NCBI GenBank assembly: GCA_030704615.1
Contig: CM060731.1
Coordinates: 74,958,001-75,022,000, forward strand
DNA from: Takakia lepidozioides
Taxonomy: Eukaryota > Plantae > Bryophyta
Direction of reading: 5' to 3'
Length of the DNA: 64,000 bases
Part shown: one piece after another, positions 25,901 to 43,448 of the stretch
Layout of the letters: each line of letters begins with the position of its first letter
Position numbering within the stretch: position 1 is the stretch's first letter
Notes under the pieces: model-generated
Database searches by the model: none
What the model was told of the DNA's origin: nothing
What the model saw: only the letters and a program-made list of their open reading frames with translations
Translations under genes and position numbers: made by a program

Positions 25901-26191
25901 TAGGATCCCATCATTCGCAAAACCAATACAGATATGTGCAGGCTATGACGATGAACATAGATATAGCTGCACAGCCTGCAAATGGTAACCTAAGCCACTA
26001 ACTTGAGATTGCAATCCAGCTGAGAAGCATACTTGGCGACGATTCTCAAAAAGGGCGTCCAGAGATTCTGGCGGCAGCAATGTGGCTCCAACAACTGTGA
26101 TGGACTCCGGTGGGATGCCCAACTGGGCCAGCCTCATCAGCACCACAGGGTCTACTATGTGACGCCGGTCATACCTTCCCTGCCTCAACTC
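22951..26191 (-). CDS. ZMYND12: ZMYND12 / p38-like inner dynein arm-associated TPR-like protein; 5' end unresolved
   Basis: In-phase GT-AG exons 26033-26191 (or 26179), 25697-25885, 24807-24950, 24453-24578, 23663-23866, 22951-23250; motifs DEALP, LAPIYLLAAEVTLGMGR, EEIYY..G.FDIRTSLGFYNLSKVF, IIEIW, HIRVAQ match ZMYND12/p38 as I recall it; further 5' exons may lie at 27570-27770. Confidence 0.8.
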
Positions 26192-26688
26192 CTGTCCCGC
26201 ACACTCGAACAATTAAACAGGTCACTTATCTGTTTCTCTCGCTCTCCTGGTTTAGTTCACTGCCTAATCCTCTATCTATACCTATGCAGCAACTGTAAGA
26301 ATTTTATGACGCACACGAGTTTCCTGTTTTTTGTCACCAGGGATTTTTCAAAGACCTGTGAAGGAAGCACGATCATGCATCTTTTATCGGAAAGAAAGTC
26401 ACATCACCTTTCCAAAGGAAGCCGGATTTTCATGGAACAGTTCCACCGCAATCTCACTCATTGAGAACATCTGCGTCCCCCCCAAGCAAACTAGATGTGA
26501 TTGACACGTATTCAGATCAACATTCATTTCGAAGAGAGCAATGAAAGAGAACAATCAATGACAAATCTTGGTTCCTTTGAGATACAAGACCTTCAACTCC
26601 TCAGAAGTTTTCAAACAAGCCACACTTATGATCATGAAAGTCTCTTTGCCTCTTCAGTCCATTTCTTGTACAGCTCAGGACTTTCTTC

Positions 26689-27295
26689 TGTTCCTCTCTC
26701 ATGTTTTCTTCCATTTTGTCCCATAAGCTCTATGAGCTTTCCGTGGACGTTATAAAGCACCATTTCATTTCATTTCATTTCCTCTCTCTGGCTTTCCGCG
26801 GGCTATAAAGCACCATTTCATTTCATTTCATTTCTCTGGTTTTGTTTCCTCTCTCATGTTTTTCCATTTTGTTCCATAAGCTCTTTGAGCTTTCCTCGGA
26901 CGTTATAAAGTACCATTTCATTCCATTCATTTCTCTTAAGCTTTGAGCTTCCCGTGGGGGTCGTAAAGATTCTCTCTCTTTCTTTCAAAAGCACCATTTC
27001 TCATTTCTCTCTTTCTTTCCTTTGGCGTTCTCAGATTCTACGAAATCTGAGCAGCTACTTTTGCCTGTTTATAGACAGTAAAGCACTGACAAAGGTGTCA
27101 TGTTACGAAGATCAGAGCTGCCTACATAAGGCTCTCCAATTTAGAGAACCTTCCAAGTTGATTTGTAGTTTTCTGGTTGTGGTGGCTGGTTTTTGGGCTC
27201 AGAAAGTACCATTTCATTTCATTTCTCTTGTCCCATAATCTCTTTGAACTTTCCCTGGACGTTATAAGGCAGCATTTCATTTCATTTCATTTGGT
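26689..27295 (+). repeat. Intronic array of AAAGCACCATTTCATTTC-containing units, with an inverted copy at 25240-25328
   Basis: Repeated GGACGTTATAAAGCACCATTTCATTT units. Confidence 0.85.
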
Positions 27296-28806
27296 TCCGG
27301 ATCTAAATGTGTGCTGGGCGTTGAAATCATCAGAAGTAGCAACTGTTACCAGCAACTGATATCAGAGCACTCCAAATCTTATGTCTAAAATTTCTGTAAT
27401 CATCTGGAATACACTACTACAAAGAATTTCTGTGGTAAAGAGTTTCAGATTATGAGCTCTACTCTTTATCCTTGTGGGATTTGCTAGAGCAATATGCTCT
27501 GCGTTATTTCTCTCTCCCTCTCGACAGTTAAAGCTGGCCCCTCCTGTCTACGACTGATGGGGGTAGGTACTGAGCGCTCATTGTGATAAAGGGTAACTCT
27601 TGCCACTTTCGAGAGCTTTCTGCGAAGTAATCCGGATGGCGACTTGTAGAGAAAGTGGGTGGAGTTGGAATGAAATGCAGAGAGGGACTGGATTGACGCA
27701 CAAGCCCATGTTTAGTGCGAAGCACGTGAATGCTAACATCGGGCTCCAGTTCAATCTTGTATGCCTCCATAGCGGACACCACTACCGTTGTCTGTGTTCT
27801 CGCGTCGTACTCCCTGATAGTCTACAGGACATTGAGTGACAAGCCCAAAACCTCCGGTCTCTCCATCTCACATGATGAGACCTCCAATCTCTCCCCCTCG
27901 ACGCTTGCTATGTACCATCTAAACTGTCTTGCGCAACCCATCGTAAAGCTTCCGTTCAGACAAGTCCTGTTCTCTTCCACAGTCTACACTCAGTACAACG
28001 AGCACATTCTTCAGCGCTCTGATTGTGGAATCAAGGAAGTCGAGGAGTGTACTGTAGTTCAAACTGATGATCGCACCCTTAAGGATCTAGGAAGAACTAC
28101 CGACCTTCATCCGGCAACAAAGCTACACAGATATTTTGCACCCACCTCCATCCGATAGCAGACTACTGTACAATTTTTCCAACAGATAATATGTAACGAA
28201 GATTTAGTACAAGTCCGTACTTTCATCTGCAGCATCATCTGGGAGTTACTGGAGGAGGAGCACGACTCATAATCCACACGTAGAAACAGCAAAAGGAACT
28301 GGATTGGGTGTAGCCATGGCCACCAGATCCAAGGAGAGATGCGGAAGAGAAAAATTCCATAAACATGAGTGGGTAACACTCGCTCAGATTCCGCAAACGA
28401 AAACTTTTGCTTCAGATTGCCAGATATGGCTATACAATGAACAATTACATGACACAGTCCAACCTCCAGTTTAATGAATGGCTGACTAAGTCATGAGGAG
28501 GGAGTTCCAAAGATAATTGTCAGAACCCCCCAAGAAAGGAGTTCATGGGGGCCTTTCTGCGTGAGGCGCGCTTTTCAGACAAGATTTGTACTTAACTATG
28601 TTCTACCTTGGGAGGGTTACGTCCGGCCGGGCCTTTGCTCAAGCAGCTCAGAACATACCCATTAGTAAAATCTATTTAAAAGAGATATATTGGCCACAGC
28701 TCTCCTCCTGTCTATGAAAGAGGCTACCAGCTCCCAGCTATATGAAGAATATGTTCCAAGTGAAACAACTTCAACTTGGATACAGATTAAAAGCACCACC
28801 AGGACC

Positions 28807-32902
<4,096 letters not shown>

Positions 32903-34812
32903 TTAACCAGGTCAGTGGACACAATCCACCGTCACCTACGGTTGGTGGTCTTCACACTGGGGCTGGAGTGGACAAAATCTCTCAGCATTGCTATATTGAC
33001 AGAGAAAAGAAGAAAGGGGCAACTGAAAAAGTGCAATGTGGGAAGAACCGCAAAGATGAATGCAGTTCCAATGCGTCCAATGACAAACTGCAATGCTGAA
33101 AGCCTGGACAAAGACAGAAAGGAAAGAGCACAGGGGATAATATAGGCTGGAAAAACAGAAGGGCTGTGGAAAGAGAGCTTGCAGCCTTGTGATGACAAAT
33201 GCAGGTGGATCTTGGGTACCAACAGGGATAAGCTTGACAACAGACACACAACGGTGGAGATGAAGTCTGGGGGAAAAAGAAATGAAGAGATTCCAAGAGA
33301 AGTATAATGAAGCGGAGAAAACCACAACAAGGGGAAAAAAATGTGGGATGCAAGCACTCAGATTGAAGTGCTAGTTCGATCTGCAGCTCTGTGAAAATGC
33401 AGGGTACATCAAAACCTTGGGGAAAGGAATGCAGACAGACGACTAAATACCTTGTACCAAAACCCAGCTATAGAAACACCGAGAGATTTCAGAGCTCGAC
33501 CTGAGGCAGCAGACGCAATACGGGAAAGATTATGCGCAATGCCAGGGAATGCAAGCGACAGGAGATATGGCGAAGAGCCAGAGGAGTGTGAGAGAGACAA
33601 TGGAGTGAGGAAGAAACAGAGAGCAGCGCAAGACAAGGTGGCTTGGGTCATAATAAACTGCGGCCTCTTACTACAGTTATAAGAGAACCCCCGGGGTTAG
33701 TTTTACTGCACGGTATTCGTCGCCGGTTTCCGGTCGTCGGCGGTGGCAAGTAAATGGACCGTTGAAAGCGGCCACGGGCCGCGCCCGGTCATTATAAGCG
33801 TGTACTGCCTATCGCCGGTCTTCATTACCCTTCGTCGACAAAGAAGCCGAAGGTCAAAATACTCCTTCACGGCCTGCGGTTCGGGATCGACTATGGATAA
33901 TAATCATCCCATATTCATCTGTCCAAAAATCCTGTTCCATTAATTTTAACAATAATAAATAATATTTTGACTCTATATGATTATCATCCTACTTAGTACC
34001 GCACAGGTGTGTTAATCTACATCGATGGGGGTTAGGGTAATCTGATCACCTTACTAGGCTGATTAGTGAGTTACTGATACAGATATGTAGTTAAAAGCCC
34101 ATGCCACGGGCAGCAACCGGTCACCCCAGCCCGCGACACACGCCTCGCGACAACAATCTGGTTCCCGCCGGCAACATCGCGTGAACTGGCTGGGGGCCAG
34201 ATCGCCACGCGGCGCATGTCCATTCGCATAAGGCCGAAGATAAAACGACAAGTGACTGTTACGGGTCGGCCGGAAAGTGAAAGCGAAAAGTGAAATCACG
34301 GTCCCGTGACTTGCGCCCGTCAACCGTCGGAAGCCCGCGACCCGAGATAAAGCGATATTACCCAGATCACTATTTACCGCGCCGAAATGTTAATAGGGCT
34401 CGTAAGCAGGTCGGAGCCCGTGGTTGGACTGAATGCGGTCAGGTGCCGACCGCGGTTAGTACCAGGGTTCCGTTCCGTTGTAGCCGCGATTAGCTTCACA
34501 CCGGTCACATTGTCACCCCGGTTAGTTGGAGCAGCAGGCCTGACTGGTGGCCTGTTTGTGACCCCCACACAGGCCCTTTCACAGACAAAATAATAACAGT
34601 TTCTGGTCCTCATTGTCCCCTAACGTTTTCCCGGTGCTCGGTCAGTCGGTCTCTGCACGATTGCAGTGTACCAACCCTCCGTTACGGCAATGGGCCCCTT
34701 CCCCTAACTTGGCAGTCCACCAAATGGCTTGGCTGTCCTCTTTATTTCTGTAATATTATTAAATTTAATCATCGCTGTCAATGTATATGGACGATGCGAG
34801 CCCAAAGATCGA

Positions 34813-35035
34813 CTTTGATGGGAGGATAGTGTATGGTTATCAAGTTCCGTCCATCGACGTCGTGTGAGGCTTTGATGGGAGGATAGTGTATGGTTATCAA
34901 GTTCCGTCCATGGGTGTTGTGCGAGGCTTTGATGGGAGGGTAGTGTATGGTTATCAAGTTCCGTCCATGGGGGTGTTGATGGGAGGGTAGTGTATGGTTA
35001 TCAAGTTCCGTCCACCGACGTCGTGTGAGGCTTTT
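34813..35035. repeat. Minisatellite, four units of about 57 bp
   Basis: Core TTGATGGGAGGrTAGTGTATGGTTATCAAGTTCCGTCCA repeated four times. Confidence 0.95.
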
Positions 35036-35749
35036 GCGACGGTAGTGGGGAATAATGTATGGTTCCCATAATTGTTGGAACATGACAGGTACCCTTACTG
35101 ATGCAAGGTCAGAGAGAAGAATTGGGTATTAACTATTAAGATTCATGCAGGCAGGGTCATAAGAGAAAAACCAATTCAGGGCAGGCACCCAAATCTTATG
35201 GGATATATGTGGGCCCCTTATTATTACAGAGATCAACTTATTTTTAGCACATTTAAGTATCATTGTTTATTCTCTACTAGAGAACACACATAGGAAGAAT
35301 GAATGATTTGCACAAAGAATGAATAGAGTGTGTGTGATGGATGATAAAAATTCCTATCATAAAAAATCAAGGTCAACAGGCAAATCATCACTGCGCATTT
35401 ACCACCATCATTGAATGAATGGTGTTCCAAATTATTATTGTTGCACAACCGATTCATAAAGGAGAACCCCCTAATAAACAAGCTTTTGCAGGAGGTCAGT
35501 ACTTTTTCGCTAAATTATTTCAGATTGGTATAATTATGATCGCATTATTGTATGGCTCTGAGTTACACTACATAGCTTCTCGCATCTGCAAACAGTTGTG
35601 GTTGTGGTTTCATCCTTCCGTCGCAAAGGCTCAACAAGCGGCTAGTCGCGTAAAGGCTCCTCCTTTGTATAAAAAGGTCTTCTTGCATCCGTAAAACCTG
35701 CTCAAAACTTTCCCACCCTTGGCCAGGGTCCCTAAACAGCAGAAAAAAC

Positions 35750-36065
35750 CAGTGTTGGGCAGTTATTTGATTTCTTTCATAACCTCCTGTTCGGGTTTCT
35801 ACAAAATCTTAGGATCAAAGATCCTCCGGTTCCGGCTTTTTCAGATATTTGTAATGGAAAGAACCACCGGTTCCGGTTAATTGTAAGAACCTCAAAGAAC
35901 CGGCGATTTTCATCAAATAACCAGTGGGTCTTTGGCGGATCTTTGACGGTTTTCAGGCTGGGTATCTCAAAACTACCTAACCGGCGGTTATGATCTTTTG
36001 CCGGTTCTTTGTTTTCTTAAGAACCACGGTTGTATATCCATATAACCTTTTTGATAACCTCCAGG
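35750..36065. mobile_element. Probable hAT-like non-autonomous element
   Basis: Starts CAGTGTTGG; dense AACCGG/CCGGTT subterminal-type motifs; far end not confirmed. Confidence 0.45.
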
Positions 36066-38734
36066 GGTTTGTAGCTGAATCAAAGAACCTCCCCAACAGT
36101 GGAAAAAACCTCCAGCAGGAACTTTTCGCTGCAAATAATTAGCTGAAAAAAAACTCATAATATTATGCACTTATGCACCATATAAGATTTCATCCTCTTC
36201 CATGGTCGTCGCCTTTTCATCCATTGTTTTTCGTAGGTGTTACTCGAGGAAGGTACGACATGATCAAGGCACTACGCAACTGAGGTCCAACGGAATGGAA
36301 CGGAATCCGACCGGCAAAGCCCGTCAACAGGCACGGAATCGACTGGGCCGTTGTCTTGGGCGACCGGGCCAGCCAGTTGCCGGCGTACATGATACTAGGT
36401 ACTGGTACCCTTCTCGTCGGCAGCATAGGTACCTACCTAAGTAGGTAGGTAGGAAAGTGATGGGCGTGTACTGCAAAGCCAAAAGAAGGCTTCTGAACGA
36501 AAAGTGGAATGTGCAGTTGAGGACTATTAGAAATCTGCAGGTTCCTCTAAACTATCGCTAGCCTGACTATGTACCGATGGATTTGATCAGTAGAATTTGG
36601 CAGTCTTGAAGCTTTTATTTCCACAGCAATGTTCTCCGAGATCTGACTTCGGAAGAGAGAGAATGAAGTCAGACTATGGTGGGGATCAGCGAGTGGGTGG
36701 ACGGCCACCCACCTCCTGACAACGATTATCTACATACTTCGCAATGCAGCTCGGGGGACAAAGCTGCCATGCCATGGATCGTCTCTCCTACATGAGGTCC
36801 CTCCAAGGTGCTGCAGCGAGCCCCCAGATGCGTTCAGTGTTGTACTGGGTGGTCTGCACTCTGGACTCTGGGCTTGGCATACTGCAAACGCTTACAAAAG
36901 TGTGTAGCCTATCTATGTGTGATGTCGCACAACAAGACATTGCAGTGTGACTCTTCTGACTTCTTTTCTCAGCCTTGTCCTCGGGAACCATATCTCATGG
37001 TGGGCGCCGCTGTTGACAGAAGAAATTATCAAACTGCGATACATAACGTGAGTCATGGCCCACGGCAAGCTGAGCCCATTCTATTTATGAGTTATACTTG
37101 TATGTTATTTTTCTGAGGCTGCAGGCGGCTCAGGTCTGATGAGAGGGTGCCCAATTATGAGAAAACGTTAAACTTCATACTGCGCCGGATAACGTGCCCA
37201 CACTGCGGCCACCTTCTTGCGCCCAGTGATTTCCTTTTTGCGATTTATTGCCGAGAAAAAGCCCAGTAATTCGCAATTCCCTTGTTGAAACGTGGAGGAA
37301 CTTGCCCTTGAAGACTTTATGTACTCCCCAATGCTTCTTGGAGGAGGGAAAAGAAATCCTCAGGAAAAAAGCACTCCTTCTTGGACCCAGTGTGGCAATG
37401 CTCGGCTCTCAAAACTTGGGTTTGTAAGGAAGAACATGAGTCATGGGGACGGAACCATTCTTGTAGTATTGTGAAGAATTTCAGCACACTGAATGGGACC
37501 ATGACTCTACAAACATACTTTAGAGTGCGAAAACGTTTCTGTTGAAAGAAAACGATTCCAGTCATTCGTTTGATCCTGTTGCACCTTCCCAAAGTCACAC
37601 CTCCTTGATAACAAGCAATCCTCAGTACAACTATCAGAAATCTCGCTAGTCACAAATGAGGATTGCTTCTTATCAAGCGAATGATGAACACTTCGCAACA
37701 GTGTGGTGGGTTTTCAGTAGTCAAAATGGATTCAGTGAGATCTTGAGTACATGCCACCACAAAAGGATGTACTCCCTGAGGGAGTTGAATTTTCTACCCA
37801 TCATACAAAATTGACCCTTGAATTATATACCTAGGTCCGACGGTCCGACCTGATAGATAAAGGATAAATTCTCAACAGATTAATTTAAAATTCAGTATCT
37901 TTATTATTAAATGGTATAAACGAGTTTAGGGTTTGAGAAAAAAGTGGTTGTAATTTTCCACGTCTCACACACAACAACCTCATTTTCCCTCCCATGAAAA
38001 TATACATGCACCAATAAAGTGTCTGACAGGTTTGGACGCATTTACTTATTTCTTTAAGAAAATAAAGGGAATACTTATTCTTATTGATAAGACCTAATAT
38101 CTATTCTAGTCTCTCTTGTTTTTTTTTTTTTAAACAGAAAAGGGAACGACACTCCCATAGTCAATGAATCTCATCTAATATAATCATAATTATTGTCATT
38201 CATCCATCAATGAGAACATAAGGAACTTGTGCCCCGCTGGGACCCACTCAAGCTTAAAAGCCATTCCATGCAAACAAATAGAGCCTGCTAATGGCAGGGC
38301 CAACAAATGAAACAAGGGATCGGCGACTTTAACTCTTAATTGTAGCCCACTTGTAATGGGCATATACCACCTCGGAAGTGGTTATGGGTTCAATCCACCG
38401 ATTGGTGTCACAGAGGTGTCCACTGTCGCCCTTCTCGGCCAAGAGCAGTAGCCCTTTCGGTTCAAGCGACACCATAATTTATGCTTCCTTCAATTGGGAG
38501 GCGTCATACTTTTCTTTTTAATTCATTCTTTTGTAATGAAATCCAATTATTCAATTATTCGATGTCAATGTCATCCTCCTCCATCTTCACTTTTCATCCA
38601 TTTATTATGCAATTCCAGGGAAGTTTATAGAAATGTTAGTCTCGCAAACAAATCTTCTCTCAAATAAAGTAGAATTATGAGTGGTTGGTCAAGGATCATT
38701 GTTTCCAAAAAAATTCTTTTTTATTGGCTTCTCT

Positions 38735-39290
38735 TTTTTTTCTTTTTTTAAGAGAAAGGGGAGGAAGCCCTTTAGAGCTTTATTAATAATTATTGGAAGG
38801 GAAAAAAATTAAAACCCTTGGGTGCCCGAAGGCAGCCATCGTGTTTGATACCAGAAGAACTGAGTTCCTCCTGTTAGTCTCTTTATTCTAAAGAGGAGAC
38901 AACGCATTAGTGCCAACAATCTTTAAACCCCTGTTGTGCCAATTTATGAAAATAAATGGATGAATTTTCAACTTTAGTATGAATGAAAGCATATTACACT
39001 ATTCACAAAGAGGAGCCATACATGACTAGCCGCTTGTTTTGTAAACTGCATACAGAGGCCTGGAAGCAACTTTATTTGGAATTGTTTGGGGGAAAAACTT
39101 TAAATCCCCCTAGCGAACCCTCTAGTGACCCATAAACACATACACTGTAGTAAGTGAAATGAAGAACCAGACACCTCCAAACTTAGAGGGGCCTGCATTT
39201 TCCTTTTTCTTTTCTTTTGTTTTTTCTTTTTTTTCTTTTTTAAGGAAAGGGGAGGAACTTGGAAGCCCTTGAGAGCTTTATTGCATTTTA
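38735..39290 (-). mobile_element. Two poly(A)-tailed retroposon 3' ends
   Basis: Both read AATAAAGCTCT.AAGGGCTTCC..CCCCTT..poly(A) on the minus strand (about 38735-38785 and 39205-39282). Confidence 0.5.
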
Positions 39291-40416
39291 CTTCCAATAT
39301 TTCACCTCCCACAAATAGGTTAAATTAAATGAAATTGTCTATGTACATTGACATGGCCTTTGGGTATGATACTACCTATATTTCCCCCGAGGTCCTGAAT
39401 TTTATTTTATGTCTCATTCATTTTTGGTCCCGAAATGTCCTTTTTGTAAATAAGATAGAATAAAATAAGGGTATTTATATGAAGCAATAAATAGTAAGTA
39501 GCATCCTACGGAGCATAAGTTACGCTGATGGTTTCTGACGCCGTCAGTACACGAGGCCCTCACTTGCCGCTTCGGCAGCGGCCGTCGCCGCCTGGCCTCA
39601 CATGCCGTATTTTTCCCCGCTCCAGTCGTATGCGGTGTCTCGGTAGAATACATACTGCTCATCGGGTAGCGGGCCTCGGTCAGGCGACAAACTTTTTCTG
39701 GTCGGCTGGACTGCAGGCACTCTAAGAACCGTCGATTATATTGAACGGTGGAGATCGTGGCTTGCCGACCGTGTAAGACGCTGACTGCAGTTGACGGCCG
39801 TTACCGGCCGACGGTAGGGCAATCAATGCAAGTGTGGTTCTGATCCCTTGTCTTTAAAGTTGAGGGTTTCTTTATCTCGAGGAAGAAGAGGAGAGATCCC
39901 GCGGAAGAGGCCTCGCTTGCTGGATACAAGAACGACGGAGGCCTTCAGCCATGCTCTGGGTGGGAGAAATTGGAGCGTTCATCCTCGACATTCGGAGGTT
40001 CTTCGGATAGAAGAGCAAGCTATCCGTGCCCGTGTGCGGGCTTGCTTCCTCAAAGGAATGCTCAAGAACGTCAAGAGTCTTTTCACAGATCTTCTAACGA
40101 TTCTCGTCGTCTTTCTGCATATGTATTCGAGGAGATATAGGCATAATCGGTGACTCTAGGATGGCTATCTGCCTGAGGAGGTGATAACCGATAACTACTC
40201 GTGCCATTCGACGTAGGTACTATTTAACCTCTGAGCATGTAGAGTTCACCCATCTCATATCTTGCAGATGGAATAGCTATCCCTGATATCTCCAAGGGTA
40301 CTGAAATGATGCTTGTATATGGAATTCTAAACTAAGCAGATTAAGGGAAGTTGCTACAAGAGAAAATGAGGATGCAAGTGCAATAATGGTAGGGAGGATT
40401 GGTATCTCTCATGGCC

Positions 40417-40580
40417 GTAGGAAGGAGCCATCATGATCCACTGGTCCTCCCAATTGGCACCCTATGTACTCCATACCGTGGAGTGGCCGGAAATGAAGTA
40501 GGAAGGAGCCATCCTGATCCACTGGTCCTCCCAATTGGCACCCTATGTACTCCATACCGTGGAGTGGCCGGAAATGAAGT
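40417..40580. repeat. Tandem duplication, two units of about 81 bp
   Basis: GTAGGAAGGAGCCATC..GGCCGGAAATGAAGT repeated twice. Confidence 0.95.
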
Positions 40581-41364
40581 GATGCGTTTCATAACTTAGG
40601 TTGATTACAGTGGGTGACACCTGCGATACCGGGATTTTGTGATGGCTTGATTGGCTTTGAAAGTCCACACCCAACATACAAGGATTGAACCCATGACCAG
40701 TTGAAGGCCAGACCTCCGCAGTCCACCATGGCAGGCGGGAGCTACCAGCAAGGCCAGCCATTGAGTAAACTAGGAAACCGTAGTACTATTTCTACTCTGA
40801 GGCAACCATTCGGGAAAAATCGCCCAAACATTCCCTTTGTTAAAATCATTACCTTCTCAGACGGAAATTTCATCCTCACAGGAGAAGGTACCTTACGCCA
40901 GGCGTATAAGACCCCTAGCTGAAGGTTTCTCACTTTGGTGTATCTTGGCCTTGCGAAATTCGTAAGGTTAAGATTTTGGGGGGGGGGATGACATCGTTGG
41001 TTTTTTACGCCTATGAAGGGCAGCTGATGAGGCCCTTCCACCGTATTCAAATGTCGTGAAGTCAGGGAATCAGCTGCCCTTCCCCTATACTGAACGTGAT
41101 TCCTCCACACGATTGATAGGTTGGAGATCATGTGAGAAAGAAAAACTTTTTCCTTTCCCAGAACTGAAAACTAGCCAGCAAGAAAATGGACAGACTAACA
41201 TCTAATCCAATGTGCTTGGTAATCTAGGTTTCACTTGCATTGCAAGTTATTTGCAAGTTTCTGAAAATTTTAAGGATTACAGCACAGCATGGCCCTCCGT
41301 CATGCCATGGGGAAGGGAAACAGAATGGTGGCTCAGAGCATCACTAGTAAGTAGATGTCTTGCC

Positions 41365-43412
41365 TTAATTAGGCAAGGCATAGTCAGAGTCAGCTTGTGC
41401 AGCATCTATAAACGTAGAACCAATGCAAGGAAACCAATAGCGCCGCTTCCCATCAGAGTGCCCATCATCCACCATAGCCAACCCTTCCTGTCCTCAACAA
41501 ATGTAAACCAGAATCAGGAAGATCAAGCTCAATAAAGCACACAAGACAATACATCAAATGAACTACGACTAAAACCATTGCTCAATTGTCAAATTATCTA
41601 CCTACTCTTGAGGTTGGTCACACTCCATGATGACTGATCTACCTACACAAGCCATGCCACTACGAAACACAACAGCTATGGAAAAAATCCATTGTGTACC
41701 ACAGATACTCACCGGACCTCGTATCCTGTTGTTAACACAGAAGATGAAGTGAAAGACCTAGCGAGTGCTCCACATAGTTCCCACAACATTGGACAAAACA
41801 CTGTCAGCCAGAAGATCCACACCATTACCTTCATAAGGGTCTCAAGAGCATCAATCACACGCCCAGCCTTCCATGAAAGCTCACTCTCCACCTCTTGGCA
41901 TGTCACATACCCACGTACCTAGCACACCAACAAAGGAACTCAGCTGCTGGAGAGACTCAAATCAACCTTAGCATCTTTTGCACTTGCTGTAACAATGATA
42001 GGACCTCTGATATCTCTGGCACCACTATATGTTCATGTTAAGGTGTATCTGGTTAATCAGTCGAGGCTGTTGGCCATGACGCTTTTCCGTTGGACAGTGC
42101 ACTCTTTGATTAATACTTTGTTATTGGAGCTTGCACGGTTGCTTGGTGACTTGGAACAAGCCTTCATAGCTTTCACTAATAATAGATTGTTTGTGGTGGA
42201 TTCTCCTCTTTAGATTACATCTTTAAAAAGAGTTCATATTCATCTACATCTATCCCTCTTTTCCTTGACATCATAGCTGCTAGAGTGTGATAGCTTGATC
42301 AAGAGGTTGATGAATTCAATCTTCCCCCCAAGAAGACAAACAAACAAATACAAAGGTCACCAGAATATCAGATTTCATGATTCTACGATAGTAACCCTCA
42401 GCAAACAACAGCATCAGCTACCATAAAGATGGAATAAGAGGGTGCACTTGCTGACCAAGTAAGAGTGCTTTATATCGCTTGACTGAGTGCCAAGGCTTCG
42501 CAGGTTTCTACTAATGCTCAATTAGGTTCCCCCTATAGTTGTGACTCTCTATTCATATTTACCCATCCCAAGAAAAGGGGTAGCCAAACACGGAAAGCCC
42601 CGCTTGCGGGGGTCCACCTAAAACTCCAGGAATTAACTAAGCTTCCTTGCTGCGGGACTGGCAGGAGGGACTTCTGTAGAGAAAAGCCATTCAATTCTAC
42701 AGAAATTGTCAAAGATATCCCATTGCCCACCTGTGCAAGCTCCAGAATGAGATTGTGGTCTCTGTTCAGTTCTGTGGGGACTGAGCGCACCAGCTTCCTT
42801 CTCCCCACTGTAAACACTTCAAAGCCGCCGCCTAGAGCCTGCATGGAGAGAGAGAGATTGTACTCATAAGACGTTGTTTGCCGTAGCCTTGTGGCCATTG
42901 ACCCCGCGCCCAGTTTGAGTGGAAACAAAAGGGACAGCCTCTGTCAGGGGCTGACGTTGGTAGTAAGACTTACCTCCATATAAAGAATTAATCCAGGTTT
43001 TCCAGATATCCTCTAGAAATCCCTTCACAAACATCAATCTGCTGTGTGTGATTTGCCCAAAAACTAGGCCTCAGGAGGGCCTGGGCTTTTGGCTCAGCCT
43101 CGAGACTTTCAAAGTTGGTAAACAGGGGTACGGGCACAATTCCCTTAATAGATTTAAAGAGAGCGTCTCTTTGGTGAGAGAACCCCGGACAGTGTATCAG
43201 AAAATGAATACTGTCTTCAGATTGCCCACACAACGGGCCATTGCACTCTCCCTTTCCTCTCTGCTTCTGATTGCTGTTCAAAGGTAGGCTTCCTGCCCTG
43301 AGTTTAAATTTCAGTCTAGTGCCGAGAGTGGGTAGACCCTTGAGGTCATCCAAGATGTCCTCCCCCATGTCACAGACTGGAAACAAGTTCAGGGAAGTTT
43401 TCTGCCTAACTT

Positions 43413-43448
<36 letters not shown>

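Noticed and set aside
27412-27430. CACTACTACAAA as a CACTA TIR
   Set aside because: No partner TIR or subterminal repeats nearby
27730-28158. 142-aa plus-strand ORF
   Set aside because: No recognisable motif; lies antisense between the GH9C 3' end and the ZMYND12 5' region
32932-33357. Overlapping hydrophobic ORFs upstream of GH9C
   Set aside because: Pyrimidine-rich 5' UTR or intron composition, open in several frames by chance
34813-35035. CRISPR-like array with a 39-42 bp repeat and variable spacers
   Set aside because: Spacers are only 7-15 bp and related to each other (1 and 4 identical), no cas genes, eukaryotic context: a minisatellite
36200-37700. Protein-coding gene in short ORFs
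   Set aside because: No consistent exon chain or known motif could be assembled
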